NCBI GenBank assembly: GCA_051294375.1
Contig: CM119269.1
Span: 21,499,665-21,563,664 of the forward strand
Length of the DNA: 64,000 nucleotides
Source: Paraspadella gotoi
Lineage: Eukaryota > Animalia > Chaetognatha
Direction: 5' to 3'
The notes under the pieces were generated by a model that was not told the DNA's origin, made no database searches, and saw only the letters and a program-made list of their open reading frames with translations. A program made the position numbers and the translations under genes. Numbering within the stretch: position 1 is the stretch's first letter; each line of letters starts with the position of its first letter. Shown in pieces: positions 53,280-64,000 of this stretch.

Positions 53280-55059
53280 GTTAGGCGTAATTAAATGATT
53301 TTTAATTTATAACTTGCGTTTTACTTTGAAACATTATGCAAACAAATCATTCCCTTTTTTTAAAAATTGAACGTGCATAAAAAATTAAAGTATACTACAA
53401 TTCGTTTTATTTTTATTACCATTATATCTTATGAAACAAGTCAACTTAGTTTAGTATTTTTTTTAACGCACAAATTTTGATTACAGTTTGACGTCGGGTC
53501 ACATCAAATATACGAATTATTTGAAACTGAAAAATATGATAAACAATTAAGCAATTAATTAATTAATTTGTTCAGTCTTTTCAACGCGCACACACAAAGT
53601 ACCACGATCCACGGAAAGGAACGACCCAAGTCTGCAAACTTTTTTGGAGAGAAACAATCCAAGTCTCTGCTTCCAAAATGTAAGGAACTTTAGCTTCCTT
53701 TTTATTAATTTGCAAAAATTGTTCTTTATGCAAAGTTAGAGGAATTATAATGCATGATACAAAACGGTTATAAACCCTCGAAAATGTTTTAAAGATTGTG
53801 AAAAAGAGTTTAATAAAAATCGCTTCCACACGCATCATTTTTAAGACGAAGATATTATTGATGAATCCTGGATTTTTAGTAAGTAAACGATGCATAGAAT
53901 TTGGCTCAGTTATTTTGGATCACGATGTAGCGCGTTATCGCTCACTGCGAATGGCGTACAGGGAGAATTACTTTATTTAGAAAAAAAAGGTTGTTAACAC
54001 CTAATAAGGCATGCATCCGGTCTTTTTGTTTTTTTTTTTTAAATTAAAAATAGAGGCAGTATCTAACGAATATTTAAAACAAAATTGATAACAAAAATAA
54101 TTTTGTTTAATAATGTCAAAAGTCAAAACTCTTTAAGAGGAAAGGTCATTCAACTTAACAATACGTAATCTTTGATGTCTTAGAGCTAATACATCGAGAA
54201 ATACATCGTAATTACCAGTAATCACCAAAAAAAGTTATTATTTATATGTAAACATTCTGTATTAAATATTTTTTTTAATCGGAAAATAACAAAATTGTTA
54301 AATTAAATCGGTAAGCACATTTTTTAAAGATTTGTTTTTCAATCGGGTTGTTAAAAAATTCTAGGTAAGAAGTGAAAACACGGTAAAGGCAAATTTAGAA
54401 GGGGAGAGTTAAACAATTATTCTTGTTACTCTGTTGGTTTTCCAGTCTTGAACAAAATCTTTAGTTAAATAGATGGTAAAGAAATTCGATCTACACTGAA
54501 TCTACACTGAATTTAAAGAGTTGCATCCTAAACAATTGCAATAATATTGATTTAAAAATTTGATTAGCAATCTTAAAAACATTTGAGAAAATGTAATAAA
54601 GAGACATTTTGATACAAGGATACAAGTTGAAATTTAAAAATATTCTCTCCATTAACATTTTTTTTATATTCACTAATAAAAAATTCAATAAAAAATATCA
54701 GAAGGATTGGCCTTTTCGTTTGACCTGCAACTCTTCAGATAGGTTTCTTTTGTTTTATTTTATAATTAAAAACCGATATAAAATGGCGTAGAATGCATAA
54801 AATGTTTAAAGTGAATACATTTTTGGAATCGGGCAGGAGCTCAGCTTTGCTCGTTTTTGCCTATTTTCAAGTTGATTTGAATGACCCTTTTTCTTAAAAT
54901 AAAATAGTTTGACGGTTTAAAACTAATAAATAAATAAATTTTTATATTATTTTATATTTATATAAATTCGATTAACGTTCTTTATTGCTCGTGTGTTTGG
55001 GAAATTTTTTTTATTTTATTTTTTTAAACGCATCTCCATGTTGGAAACGACTGGGGGTT

Positions 55060-55145
55060 TTTTATCGAGCGCCTACCGGCGAAGCCGGTTCAAGACTCGT
55101 ATTAGTTGTCGGATGAGCTTCTTTGAACGTCGTCGTCGTCACGCA
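55060..55145. mobile_element. HINE-like terminus with ACCGGC-GAA-GCCGGT hairpin and (GTC)n
   Basis: T-run, short perfect hairpin and microsatellite, in the DINE-like terminal layout. Confidence 0.4.
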
Positions 55146-55747
55146 ATTTTATAGAAAACTACTACGCTTTATAGTTTTAGCTGGGACTTGACCGTTTTTT
55201 TTTAAATAAAAAATATTTTGAATTATGATGAAGTTTTATAAAAGTGTGCGATCATAGTAAGTTAAAAATTTAGATATGGCTCTTCATCTTGAAATAGCTT
55301 TAAAATTTCATATTATTATTTTGATTCAAGTATTTTTTGTTTGAATTTCCTCTTCTTTATGATTTACTGCAATATGCAAATGAGATTATAGTAATCAAAT
55401 ATAATATCCAAATTATTATATAGAAATGCTTTAATCTAATTTACATATTGCAGTAAATAATATTAAAGATGAAATTCATAAAAAAACTTTGAATCAATAA
55501 AAAACATGTAAAATCAAAAGAACTTTTTAATGAAAAGCTATATCTTAACTTTTATTACAAATAAAAATAAAATCTTTTACAAGCTATTATTGGAAAAAAT
55601 TGTAAAAATTTCCAATTGTAAACAATTGTAACTTTTTTCCTTTCTTTTATTTCTTTAAATTATAAATATAAATATTTTTTTATTTTTGTCAGTTGCTGCC
55701 TTTTCTGAACCTTTTAAAAACGGGTTCAGGCTCTGCAGTGACTGTAC

Positions 55748-56305
55748 AGCGGCTGTCCAGCTTTCTCTCTCTCTGTTTCTGTCTGTCTCTCTCTTTCTTT
55801 TTCTGTCTCTCTCTCTCTCTCTGTACGATCTCTTGCATGATCGTTTTTTGAAAAATTTTGATTATTTTTTTCTATTTAAAAACTTTTATTATCGCCATTT
55901 ATTCCGCGATTTTTTCTCAATGCAAAATCCTAAATTTACATCCGAGATTTTCGTGGATTTATTCTCTTTCTTTCTCTCTCTCTTTCTTTGTCTTTCTCTC
56001 TTTCTTTCTTCTCTCTCTTTCATTCATACACGCATTTGTTTGTTTTATTTATGATGAATGATTCATTGCGTCAATGAATGACTATCATCGCATCAATAAA
56101 TGACTATCATCGTATCAATGAATGATTTTTATCACATCAATGAATGACTATCATCGCATCAATCATTTGGTTATTATCACATCAATCATTTGGTTATCAT
56201 CATATCGAACATTTGGTTATCATCGCATTAATTATTGGTTATCATCGCATCCATATTTGGTTATCATTGAAGGTAGGCTCGATCCTATTCTTTTAAGATT
56301 TTTTT
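55748..56305. repeat. repeat family D copy (intronic)
   Basis: Homologous to 36928-37570, including the 22-bp array. Confidence 0.75.
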
Positions 56306-56617
56306 CAGATTTTTTTTTGATGATCGAAATGATGGATGGATGGATTGTCATTACTGATTGACTTAACTGACCAGACTGTCCGACAATTCCTCTCGAAAAC
56401 GTTCAAGTTTACTTTGGGAATTTTAATCCTGAGCAAAGAGATGTTTTAATCATTTGTCCCTTCGACCCCTTTAAACCTCAGAGGACCAAGTCTACCAAAA
56501 TCATACCCCCCTTTTCATTCCGACATATCGCCCATAGATAGACTTTTTTTCAAAAGCCTATTTTGTCATTTCAACGCCACTAACGCCACCACGCCAACTC
56601 CCTCTCCCGCCAAACAG

Positions 56618-56777
56618 ATGCTGCTTCCATCGCCCGGGGCGACGACTACGATTCTGACGAAGACGATCGAGCCTCTTTAGCTTCCATCAAATCCACGTTG
56701 AGTTTGGCTCCGGAGGCTTTTAACCAACTCAGCGCAGCCAATCGACTGTCGGGGCGACGGAGCTCGGCTAGTTTGAG
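56618..56777 (+). CDS. SLC22-like gene, N-terminal cytoplasmic exon (AASIARGDDYDSDEDDRASLASIKSTLSLAPEAFNQLSAANRLSGRRSSASL)
   Basis: CAG acceptor and an open phase 1->2 frame. It joins 57095 in frame through AG|G = Arg. Confidence 0.55.
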
Positions 56778-57094
56778 GTTGAAGACGGGTTGGAAGGGTC
56801 AGTGGGGTCAGCGAGGTCGGCGGGGTCAGTTGGGTCACCGGGGTGTTAGAGAAAACAATATCATTATATGATATGAGAAATTATCTAAATTTTTAACGTT
56901 TTTTAAATGTGATTAAATGACCAAGCCAAAATATTTAAAAACTAGTGTAGGGAACTCCCTTGGGCTCTTATATGAAATACGAAAATACGAATGAGTTTTA
57001 AAGATAGACTAAACCTTTAATTAATTTAATTAATTATATTTATTAATTCAATTTAATTTATATTTATTTTTATATTTAACTTGGTCTTTTTCAG

Positions 57095-57171
57095 GCGACG
57101 AAGTTCATCGATCGCCAAAGAGGAACTTCCTTACGTCAGAACGAAGTCGATGAGTTTCGAAAAACCTCTGG
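57095..57171 (+). CDS. SLC22-like gene exon (RRSSSIAKEELPYVRTKSMSFEKPL)
   Basis: Consensus TTTTTCAG acceptor and G|GTGAGT donor. Phase 2->1 fits both neighbours. Confidence 0.65.
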
Positions 57172-57369
57172 GTGAGTTTAACTTACCTCTTTTATATTTT
57201 ATTGTCTCTTCATTTTCGATAAAGGATTACTTATTAAAGACCGATTGAAAAAAAAATTACATTTTCTTGAAAATGAATATTTAAAAAAATATGTTAAATA
57301 AAGTAACGCTTTTCCAAGAATCATTCCAGATATATATCCATAATAATTTAAGCGATCGGTGTCCGGGTT

Positions 57370-58026
57370 TCAACCACCGGGACAGAGTGCCTTCACTGAT
57401 GCAAAGAGCTTCCTTGTTTGAGCGCTGCCACTGCGAAAGCCAGAACATCGGTAGATAGGATGATTTCCTTCACAAAACCGACAAGAAATTGCAACTTTGG
57501 GCGACGAGTAAATTTTTGGTTTATGCGACGCCAATGGCGAGAGGAAAGTTTGATTTGATCTTGGCAATGGAGATTTCATCGGCTTCCGAATAAACGAGGT
57601 TGATCGCCGACGAGAAGATTTTCGATTCTGCTTCCATACTTCGCTGGTTGGCGAAGAAATTGCGTCCCCGTCGTTAAGAGGCATCGGAATATCTGATGAG
57701 AATTCATAAAAAGCCAAACCGCCTTGGTTGGTCGCCGGTGAAGTCAAAGGGGCAGCAACTGCGCCCCCGTCGTATCGAGGCGCCTGGGAGCTGTCTGACG
57801 CTGTAATTTGATGGATTAATTGGTCTTCCGAGGCGTCTTTAGCGTTGTCTTGTAACAAAGACGTTCCACGAGACAAAATCGGATTGTTTCGTAATCCAAT
57901 GTTAGAGTAAAGTTTCTTTTCTAAAATTTCGTAATCCTGTTTAAAAACACGGTGATCAATTCTTAATCGGACGAGTTTCGCGTCTTTTGCACGAATTTCG
58001 TCGACGATTTGTATAGCGATCTCCAT
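57370..58026 (-). mobile_element. Bel/Pao-type gag-like ORF (218 aa), truncated in the second zinc knuckle
   Basis: CRFCEGNHPIYRC (C-X2-C-X3-H-X4-C) followed by F...R...KALC, the spacing typical of the Bel/Pao gag knuckle region. No pol or LTR pair seen. Confidence 0.6.
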
Positions 58027-58684
58027 TTTTAAATAACAAATGATTCGAGTAGTTCAATTTTCTTTTAATTTTAGGTTGAACGTCTTACTAGCGAAGCGGT
58101 ATATTAGTTTTCACTGTAGAAAATCTTTGTTTTCTACGCCCGCAAGGTCAAGCGTTCGAGGCGTCAGCCGTCCGGAGAATATGTTTTAATATAGGCTCAC
58201 TAAATCTTGAAAGCAGCAATAAATGATAAATAAATTCTGAAAAAAACGTTTATTTGGAGACACACAAATCCAGAAAATGTAGTGGTTTTTGTGGTTAAAT
58301 TTGTATTAATCTGTGGAATCTGTGCAAACTAAGTTCCCGACAGCCGATCTGAATTTTTTACTTGACTCTGCGCGAATGTTCAGTTTCTGAACGTTTTATA
58401 AATTTTAGGATAAAAGAAGCCGCACGAAAGCAACTAGACGGTGAAAAAATAAGATCAGCTCAGGTAATTAAAGATTGACCCAGCGCGAGTCAATATTTCA
58501 CAGATACCACAGCCACCTTTCTACCTCTTTTCATTCAAAAGTTATTCAAGAAAATAACTTTATTTTACCGTTAGAGAACTAAGGATTTGAACTACGCAGT
58601 ACAAATCTTTGTTAAATAAAAATTTTGGCAAAGCGGGAGTATCTCCATTTATCCTATTGTGAAGAGATAGTAATAATTGTTATG

Positions 58685-58884
58685 TAATGAAATTGGTACA
58701 ACCAATATAAAAATGTTAGTGACAGAACCGTTCAATATAAGCAGTCCCTGAGCTTCGAATCAGGCTGTAACACCGTGTTACAGGCGGGTTAAGCGCCCCA
58801 TCCCTCTTAACTGAGGCCACTGGGCTAGAACCCCTGACCTTTGGGTTTGGAGGCAAATGACTTGCCTCCGGCACCAATGGCCGC
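58685..58884 (-). mobile_element. tRNA-headed SINE sharing its tail with family B
   Basis: The minus strand has a tRNA-like head (GGCCA...AAGGTCAGGGGTTCTAGCCCAGTGGCC), an internal CTGTAACAC/GTGTTACAG hairpin, and the tail TTTTATATTGGTTGTACCAATTTCAT. Confidence 0.5.
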
Positions 58885-60324
58885 TGATGAACGGTTGGTG
58901 GATTTTAGTCCACCATAATTGGTACAATTTCAAAATAAAACCTGACGAAAAATTTTCCTTCATCTAAAGACATATTACTTTAAGTTGTACCCATCGTCTT
59001 ATTTATTTATGTCTTATGGTTTAAAAAATCAGAGAAACGTTTCCCCTTTTTTTAAATATTTAGTACTAGCGCGCCAAAAATCTAAGGAGAAACTTGAAAA
59101 TTTTATTCCGACAAATTTTGCCTTTCAAGGCTGACGTTTATGACTATATCTCGGAAACCATTGTAGGAATTTAAAAACGGTTTTTTGCAAGAGAATATTG
59201 ATATCATTCTCCATGGAACGGCATAACGGCATAAAAATTAGGTCGAATGAGGTATCTACTCATTAGTTAGTTTGTACAAAACAGTGTCAATTAAAAATGT
59301 TTAAACTTGTAGAAACTTGTAGAAACATTTAGTGACTTTCGCGTCGTGTCAATCTGTTGTAGTTAATTAAAGTTGCTATCAACATTTTAATCAGGGACGC
59401 GGGGAGTTCACACTCGGAGAGTTTCACGCGATTCACTATCATCGAAGTGACCGTTAAAATCAAAACAATTATACTAATGACATATTCGGATAGCTTAACA
59501 CGAGTAATTCTTGAAGAAAACTTTAGAGGTTCTTCTCATAAATTATTAATATTTCCAAAAAGGACAAAAATGTTTCATTTTATTTGTTACGTTTCCTAAA
59601 GATAAATAAAACGCTAAGCGGGTTTTTATGGCTTTATTTAATTATTTTTACCTTTCAAATACGGTAAAATGAACTTTTAAAGAGAAAATATTGATTCAAT
59701 ATGTTAAACCACTTCAAAATCGCAGTTAAAAAATAGAAAAAAGTTAATAAAATTGAGTCTTCTGGTTTAACTCTTTTTCTTCATCTTATGATTTAAAAAA
59801 ATATCAATCTTTCCAAAGAAGCTTAGGTTGAATGAATATCGTCTTTCTGTCTCAACTCTTTAATTCGAACGATGACAACCGAGTCGCCGACGCCGCCGCT
59901 GTCGCTGTCGCCGCCGCAGTCGCCCCCGCAGCCGCCGCAGCCGACAATTCCACTGAAGATGATGACCGACTGGCCGACAAACTTGTTCTCTGGGCCGAAA
60001 ACAATGGAACCATTCCGGGAAAAAAACGTCAGCAATTTGAAAATGTGTTATTTGACGAGGAACTAATTGCGGTATCGTCGCCCTCGTTGTTGGTGTTGTT
60101 GTTGTTTTTGTTGTTTTTGTTGTTGTTGTTGATGTTGTATTTGTTGCTGTTGTTTGGTTTATTGACATTTCCACTGTCAACTATGTTGTCATTTTGAGAC
60201 AGTTCTTTTCCTTATCGATGTTCTCTGTCAAATGTCCAATGAACGGGTTTTTTCTGATGTTGTCCTTTTGTCGTGATTCCGTGATCGCATCTCGCTTCGC
60301 CTTCACGACAGCCTCCATTCACAG

Positions 60325-60452
60325 TTGAGGCTGATGTTTCGCGTCGGAATGTCGCCTCGCTATTGCTTGGGTCCTTGGTGATGCTCATCGTACTTCACGC
60401 TGTGATTCGAGGTCACGTGATCATCACTTACTTCACGACTTGGGTGCCGGCG
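60325..60452 (+). CDS. SLC22-like gene exon encoding TM1 (EADVSRRNVASLLLGSLVMLIVLHAVIRGHVIITYFTTWVPA)
   Basis: TTCACAG acceptor (phase 1), a hydrophobic helix, and a phase-0 donor GCG|GTGATT matching the next exon. Confidence 0.7.
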
Positions 60453-60627
60453 GTGATTCCTGCGTGGGGAGAGAGAATGTGGAGAGAGTGGCAGAGGTGA
60501 TTCCTAGTTTTTTTTCTCTCTCTCTCTTCTCTCTTTCTCTCTCTTTCTTCTCTCTCCTCTCCCTCTCTTTCGTGAATTTGCTGAAAGTCAATCTGGTGAT
60601 CATTTATCTCTCGCTTCTTACTCTCTC

Positions 60628-60660
<33 letters not shown>

Positions 60661-60668
60661 TTCTCTCC

Positions 60669-60701
<33 letters not shown>

Positions 60702-60729
60702 TCCTCTCTCTCCTCTCTCCTCTCTAAAG

Positions 60730-60911
60730 AACCCCGCTTTACCTCCCACCCCATGGCTGAATCGAGAGTGCTTCTCCTACGCCCAAGACTTCGACAACAT
60801 CCGTTGTCCTGGAGGATTGAAGTGTCTCTCGACAAACTCTTGCGCAATCGTTTTTCCGAGGAAGGAACTCTCTGACACGACTGTGACGGAGTTCAATACT
60901 ATTTGTGAAAG
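60730..60911 (+). CDS. SLC22-like gene exon, Cys-rich extracellular loop ending TTVTEFNTICER
   Basis: Matches the SLC22 signature TIVTEW(D/N)LVC. AAG acceptor after (CT)n and AG|GT phase-2 donor. Confidence 0.85.
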
Positions 60912-60916
60912 GTGTG

Positions 60917-60974
<58 letters not shown>

Positions 60975-61091
60975 TAGAGAGAGAGAGAGAAGAAGAGGGA
61001 GAGTGAGAAGAGTAGAGAGGGAGAGAAAGAGCAGGGAGAGAAAAGAGAGGGAGAGAAGAGAGATCTCGATCCACTCACCTCTCCGCCGCAG

Positions 61092-61237
61092 ACATTACCT
61101 CACCCTCTTGCCCGGGATGCTCACCTTCACCGGCGCTCTCGTTGGATCTGTCTTCCGAACAGTCAGCGATTTTCTCGGTCGAAGAATCATGATATTCTCC
61201 GGACTTTTCGTGGACGTCCTCATGTTCATCGCGCAAG
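61092..61237 (+). CDS. SLC22-like gene exon, TM2-TM3 with MFS motif A (GALVGSVFRTVSDFLGRR)
   Basis: CGCAG acceptor, motif A D-x-x-GRR, phase 2->1. Confidence 0.9.
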
Positions 61238-61471
61238 GTCCATCTGTCCGTCCGTCTGTCTGTCCGTACGTCCGTTCGTCTGTTCATCCGTACTTCCATC
61301 CATCCTTTCGCCAAATTTTTGTCGCTTGGTGATATCTTGATATCTTGATTGATATATTGACTGTTCCGTCCGTTCTTCCCCAAGTGTTTTCAATCGGATT
61401 GATTTATTGATTTTAAACATTGATTGATATCTTGATTGATTGATTGACTTTTCCCTACGTTTCTCCCCAAG

Positions 61472-61611
61472 TGTTTTCAATCGGCCCCATGTCTTACTCC
61501 CTCTTCCGCGGAATGTGCGGGGTTTTTTCCGTCGTAACGATGGGTGCAGTCCTTCCCATGATGTACGAACTCGTCCCGGCGAAAAGAAGAACTGTAGTTT
61601 CTATCATGCAA
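61472..61611 (+). CDS. SLC22-like gene exon, TM4 and loop (FRGMCG...YELVPAKRRTVVSIMQ)
   Basis: MFS R-x3-G and E-x6-R motifs, resembling OCT EFVG...RRTV. The 3' boundary is 61611 (GT donor) or 61607 (GC donor). Confidence 0.85.
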
Positions 61612-61902
61612 GTAAATGTAATCGATAACTTAGGATAGAGCATTTCCCTATCTAATACTAAAGGGCGTACAATTAAATGTTGTACCACTTCAGTGAATAC
61701 TACACTAATAAGATAACTAAGTTTTAGATAAGAGTCGTCTCAATTTCATTTTGAATATAACTCCGTTTGTTACTCAGTTCTGGTAGTTTCTTTCATTATT
61801 AAGTTTTAGTATAATGAAAAAATTAATGAGTCTTAGCTAATTTTAACAATTGATGGTTTTAATTTTTAATACATTTTACTTATTTATTTATTTTTTCATC
61901 AG

Positions 61903-61957
61903 TCATGTTGTCACCGGCATGATAGCCGGTAGTTTGACCCTTTTTTCAAAGTTTTTG
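61903..61957 (+). CDS. SLC22-like gene exon, TM5 (HVVTGMIAGSLTLFSKFL)
   Basis: TTTTTTCATCAG acceptor and G|GTAAGT donor. Only the phase-2 frame is open. Confidence 0.65.
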
Positions 61958-62349
61958 GTAAGTCTTTAGAGCGAAAACCTTATTTTTAAGAGAAACAATA
62001 TCAATGCATTAAAAAGTTGATCGGATTTATAATTTTCTTTCATTTTCCTTAAAAAAACTTTTAATCCAGCAATGAAATTTTTATTATTGATACCTAATAC
62101 TTTTATTAATTTACAAATTTGAATTAAAAAATGATATAAATATTTATATTTATCCAGCTTGTTACCTACACCTTTTTTAATCCAGAAGGAATAAATCTGA
62201 GGGAAAATCATCAATCTTATTAAATGCCAGCAATAATTTACTTTTCATAAGCAAAGGGAAAAAACCTAATTGATATTTTTAAAGTAAAGCTTAATATTGG
62301 TATATTGTTTTTCATTATTTGTATAAGATAGAAACATGACTAAAAGCTA

Positions 62350-62533
62350 AATAGGGAAGCCAGGTACTCTTAGAGTGAATAAACTAGACTGAGAGAGTCT
62401 TGATTGAAATCTTGCAGTGACCTGCTATGTCATTATGATAATGATTATCTTGTAAGAGTGATGGAGGCCTTAAACCACCAAAGCCTGTCCAAAGTCAGGG
62501 GCAAGATAGGTTATTTTTTAAATGAATGGATAA
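62350..62533. repeat. repeat family B copy (intronic)
   Basis: Inverse of 14430-14570 (ATAGGGAAGCCAGGTACTCT...CCTGTCCAAAGTCAGGGGCAAGATA). Confidence 0.8.
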
Positions 62534-62534
62534 T

Positions 62535-62852
62535 AAGGCGTAGTGAAAGTTGCAGATCAAAATTCGAATAGTTAATCATGAAGTCTTGGACTAAAGAACA
62601 TTTATATATAAAAAAATTATTTTTAAATTTCTTAATTTTCGCATACGCCTATATTTATACATTGTACTCACCATAGAAAATGTCAAAATTTAAAATTAAT
62701 TTTTCTTAGTTTTAAAAATAAGAAAAAACATTTTAAAATTTTAACATGAGTACTATGTATAATACGGGAGTATGCGAAAATTGAAAAATACAAATTAATC
62801 TACTATTCGAATTTTGATTCTACTTGATTTTAATATTTTTGCTACGCTTTAA
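62535..62852. mobile_element. Kolobok-like MITE, short copy (intronic)
   Basis: TAAGGCGTAG...ATCAAAATTCGAATAG / CTATTCGAATTTTGAT...CTACGCTTTAA, with an internal AATTTTCGCATAC / GTATGCGAAAATT inverted pair. Confidence 0.65.
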
Positions 62853-63218
62853 TGGATAATTACAATTTCACGGTGTAATATAGTACCTAATACATAATGA
62901 AATTAATACGACAAATATACAAAATAGTAAATCCAGTGAATCAGCAACCTTGCCTCTTTGTAACTGGCTAAGTGGCTATGATGTGGGCCTCCATACTTCT
63001 TACAAGACACTAAGTAATAACTTATCAAGAAGACGGATAACCTCCATTCAAGATTCTCTCACAATCGAGTTAATAAACTTCTAAAGAACTTGGCTCAGTA
63101 ACAAGTTAAATTTGGGGTATCTGTTACAATTGGATAAATTGACCACTTTCTTAGTTATTAAATGAAAAATTAATATCGAAAATATAACAAATCTACAGTA
63201 ATGAAGAATTAATATCAG

Positions 63219-63458
63219 AGAATTTGCTCCATCGTATCCCAATTCAAGCAAGTAGGCTGGGCCACCATGGACAGCATCCTCAGCGGACTAAATCAGGCCA
63301 TCGGGTCCTGGAGAATTTTCCTGGCGGTCTTCGCCTGTTTCGCCGCGCTCTGCCTGTTCATACGAATCTGCCTTCCTCCTTCCGTCCCTTGGATGCTGGG
63401 AACTCTGCGCGCTAACGGGAACAACGATCGATGGGATAACGCCGAAGCCTCTCTCGAG
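63219..63458 (+). CDS. SLC22-like gene exon, TM6 (WRIFLAVFACFAALCLFIRICLPPSVPWML...AEASLE)
   Basis: WR...LP-x-S-x-x-W corresponds to WR...PESPRWL. Phase-0 acceptors at 63218 (CAG) or 63248 (AAG); donor GAG|GT. Confidence 0.8.
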
Positions 63459-63543
63459 GTCGTTTTGAAGGGGATCTCTGTGTGGTTTAAGAGGTCGTTG
63501 GATTTTTTTTTTACTAGGATCTCTGTTTTATGGCGGGTTCCAG

Positions 63544-63646
63544 GTTCTTTCGGATGCGTTGGCGACTCGAAAGGAATTTAAAGGAAAATCAAAGAAGGAA
63601 TTGAGGATTTTCGTTTATGAGGAACTTACCAAGCAGCAGCAGGAAG
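63544..63646 (+). CDS. SLC22-like gene exon, central cytoplasmic loop (VLSDALATRKEFKGKSKKELRIFVYEELTKQQQE)
   Basis: TTCCAG acceptor in phase 0, a charged open frame and an AAG|GTGAAG donor. Confidence 0.45.
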
Positions 63647-64000
63647 GTGAAGGATGGGAGCAGCGAGGGCGGGAAAGGTTTTAAATAAGGGAAAAAATGT
63701 ATTTAAAATCTTGGGACTAAATAATAAAAGAAATAGGAAAGTACTTTCGGTTAAATTTTTTATTAAAATAATGCGAAAAGAGGTTTGTGATAAATCTCCG
63801 ATCAAAGAGACAAAAAAGATTTGATATTAAAAACTAAATCTTGGAATTGATATCGGAGATTTCTCCTAAATCTTGGGTCAAAAATATCAAAAAGGTTTTG
63901 CCCTCGAATAGAAAACCAGAGATTGAGCTAATCCTGACATCGACGATTTTGTGATCCTCTCCCTCCTTTCCTAAGTCGTGCGTCCCTCAGTGTTTGCGGC

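Noticed and set aside
59832-60197. 121-aa Ala/Leu-rich ORF as a transporter exon
   Set aside because: It is built from (GCC)n and (TTG)n tracts, and the flanking exons join in phase without it.
60817-61332. 171-aa ORF as a single CDS
   Set aside because: It fuses two real exons through a stop-free (GA)n intron.
61092-61957. GLUT/SLC2 sugar-porter assignment
   Set aside because: The motifs are shared across MFS families, and the upstream TTVTEFNTIC signature and Cys-rich loop point to SLC22.

Overview
AT-rich, microsatellite-dense DNA from an invertebrate-like animal draft assembly with several N gaps and noisy long-read-style patches. Nearly all ORFs in the supplied track are (AG)n/(CT)n or low-complexity artefacts. 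One real protein-coding gene can be reconstructed by hand: a divergent, spliced SLC22/organic-cation-transporter-like MFS gene on the + strand (about 52.5 kb to beyond 63.6 kb; the C-terminal half lies outside the window). It has weak splice sites, one junction that needs either a GC-AG intron or a 5-nt microexon, and an antisense Bel/Pao gag-like ORF nested in an intron. The rest is a patchwork of non-autonomous mobile elements: tRNA-derived SINEs, Kolobok-like palindromic MITEs, Helentron/DINE-like elements with internal tandem arrays, and a five-copy TIR family that carries degenerate TTAGGG-like repeats in a fixed polarity. The most striking single object is a 233-bp insertion (23275-23507) with a perfect 12-bp target-site duplication. 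It contains a 194-bp near-perfect palindrome encoding two inverted Penelope-type minimal hammerhead ribozymes and sits inside one of the telomere-repeat MITEs. A multi-kb inverted duplication centred near 43.9 kb is probably a long-read fold-back artefact, but its mirrored arm appears to record an empty-site allele for a ~4.4-kb insertion. Repeat boundaries were read by eye and are approximate.
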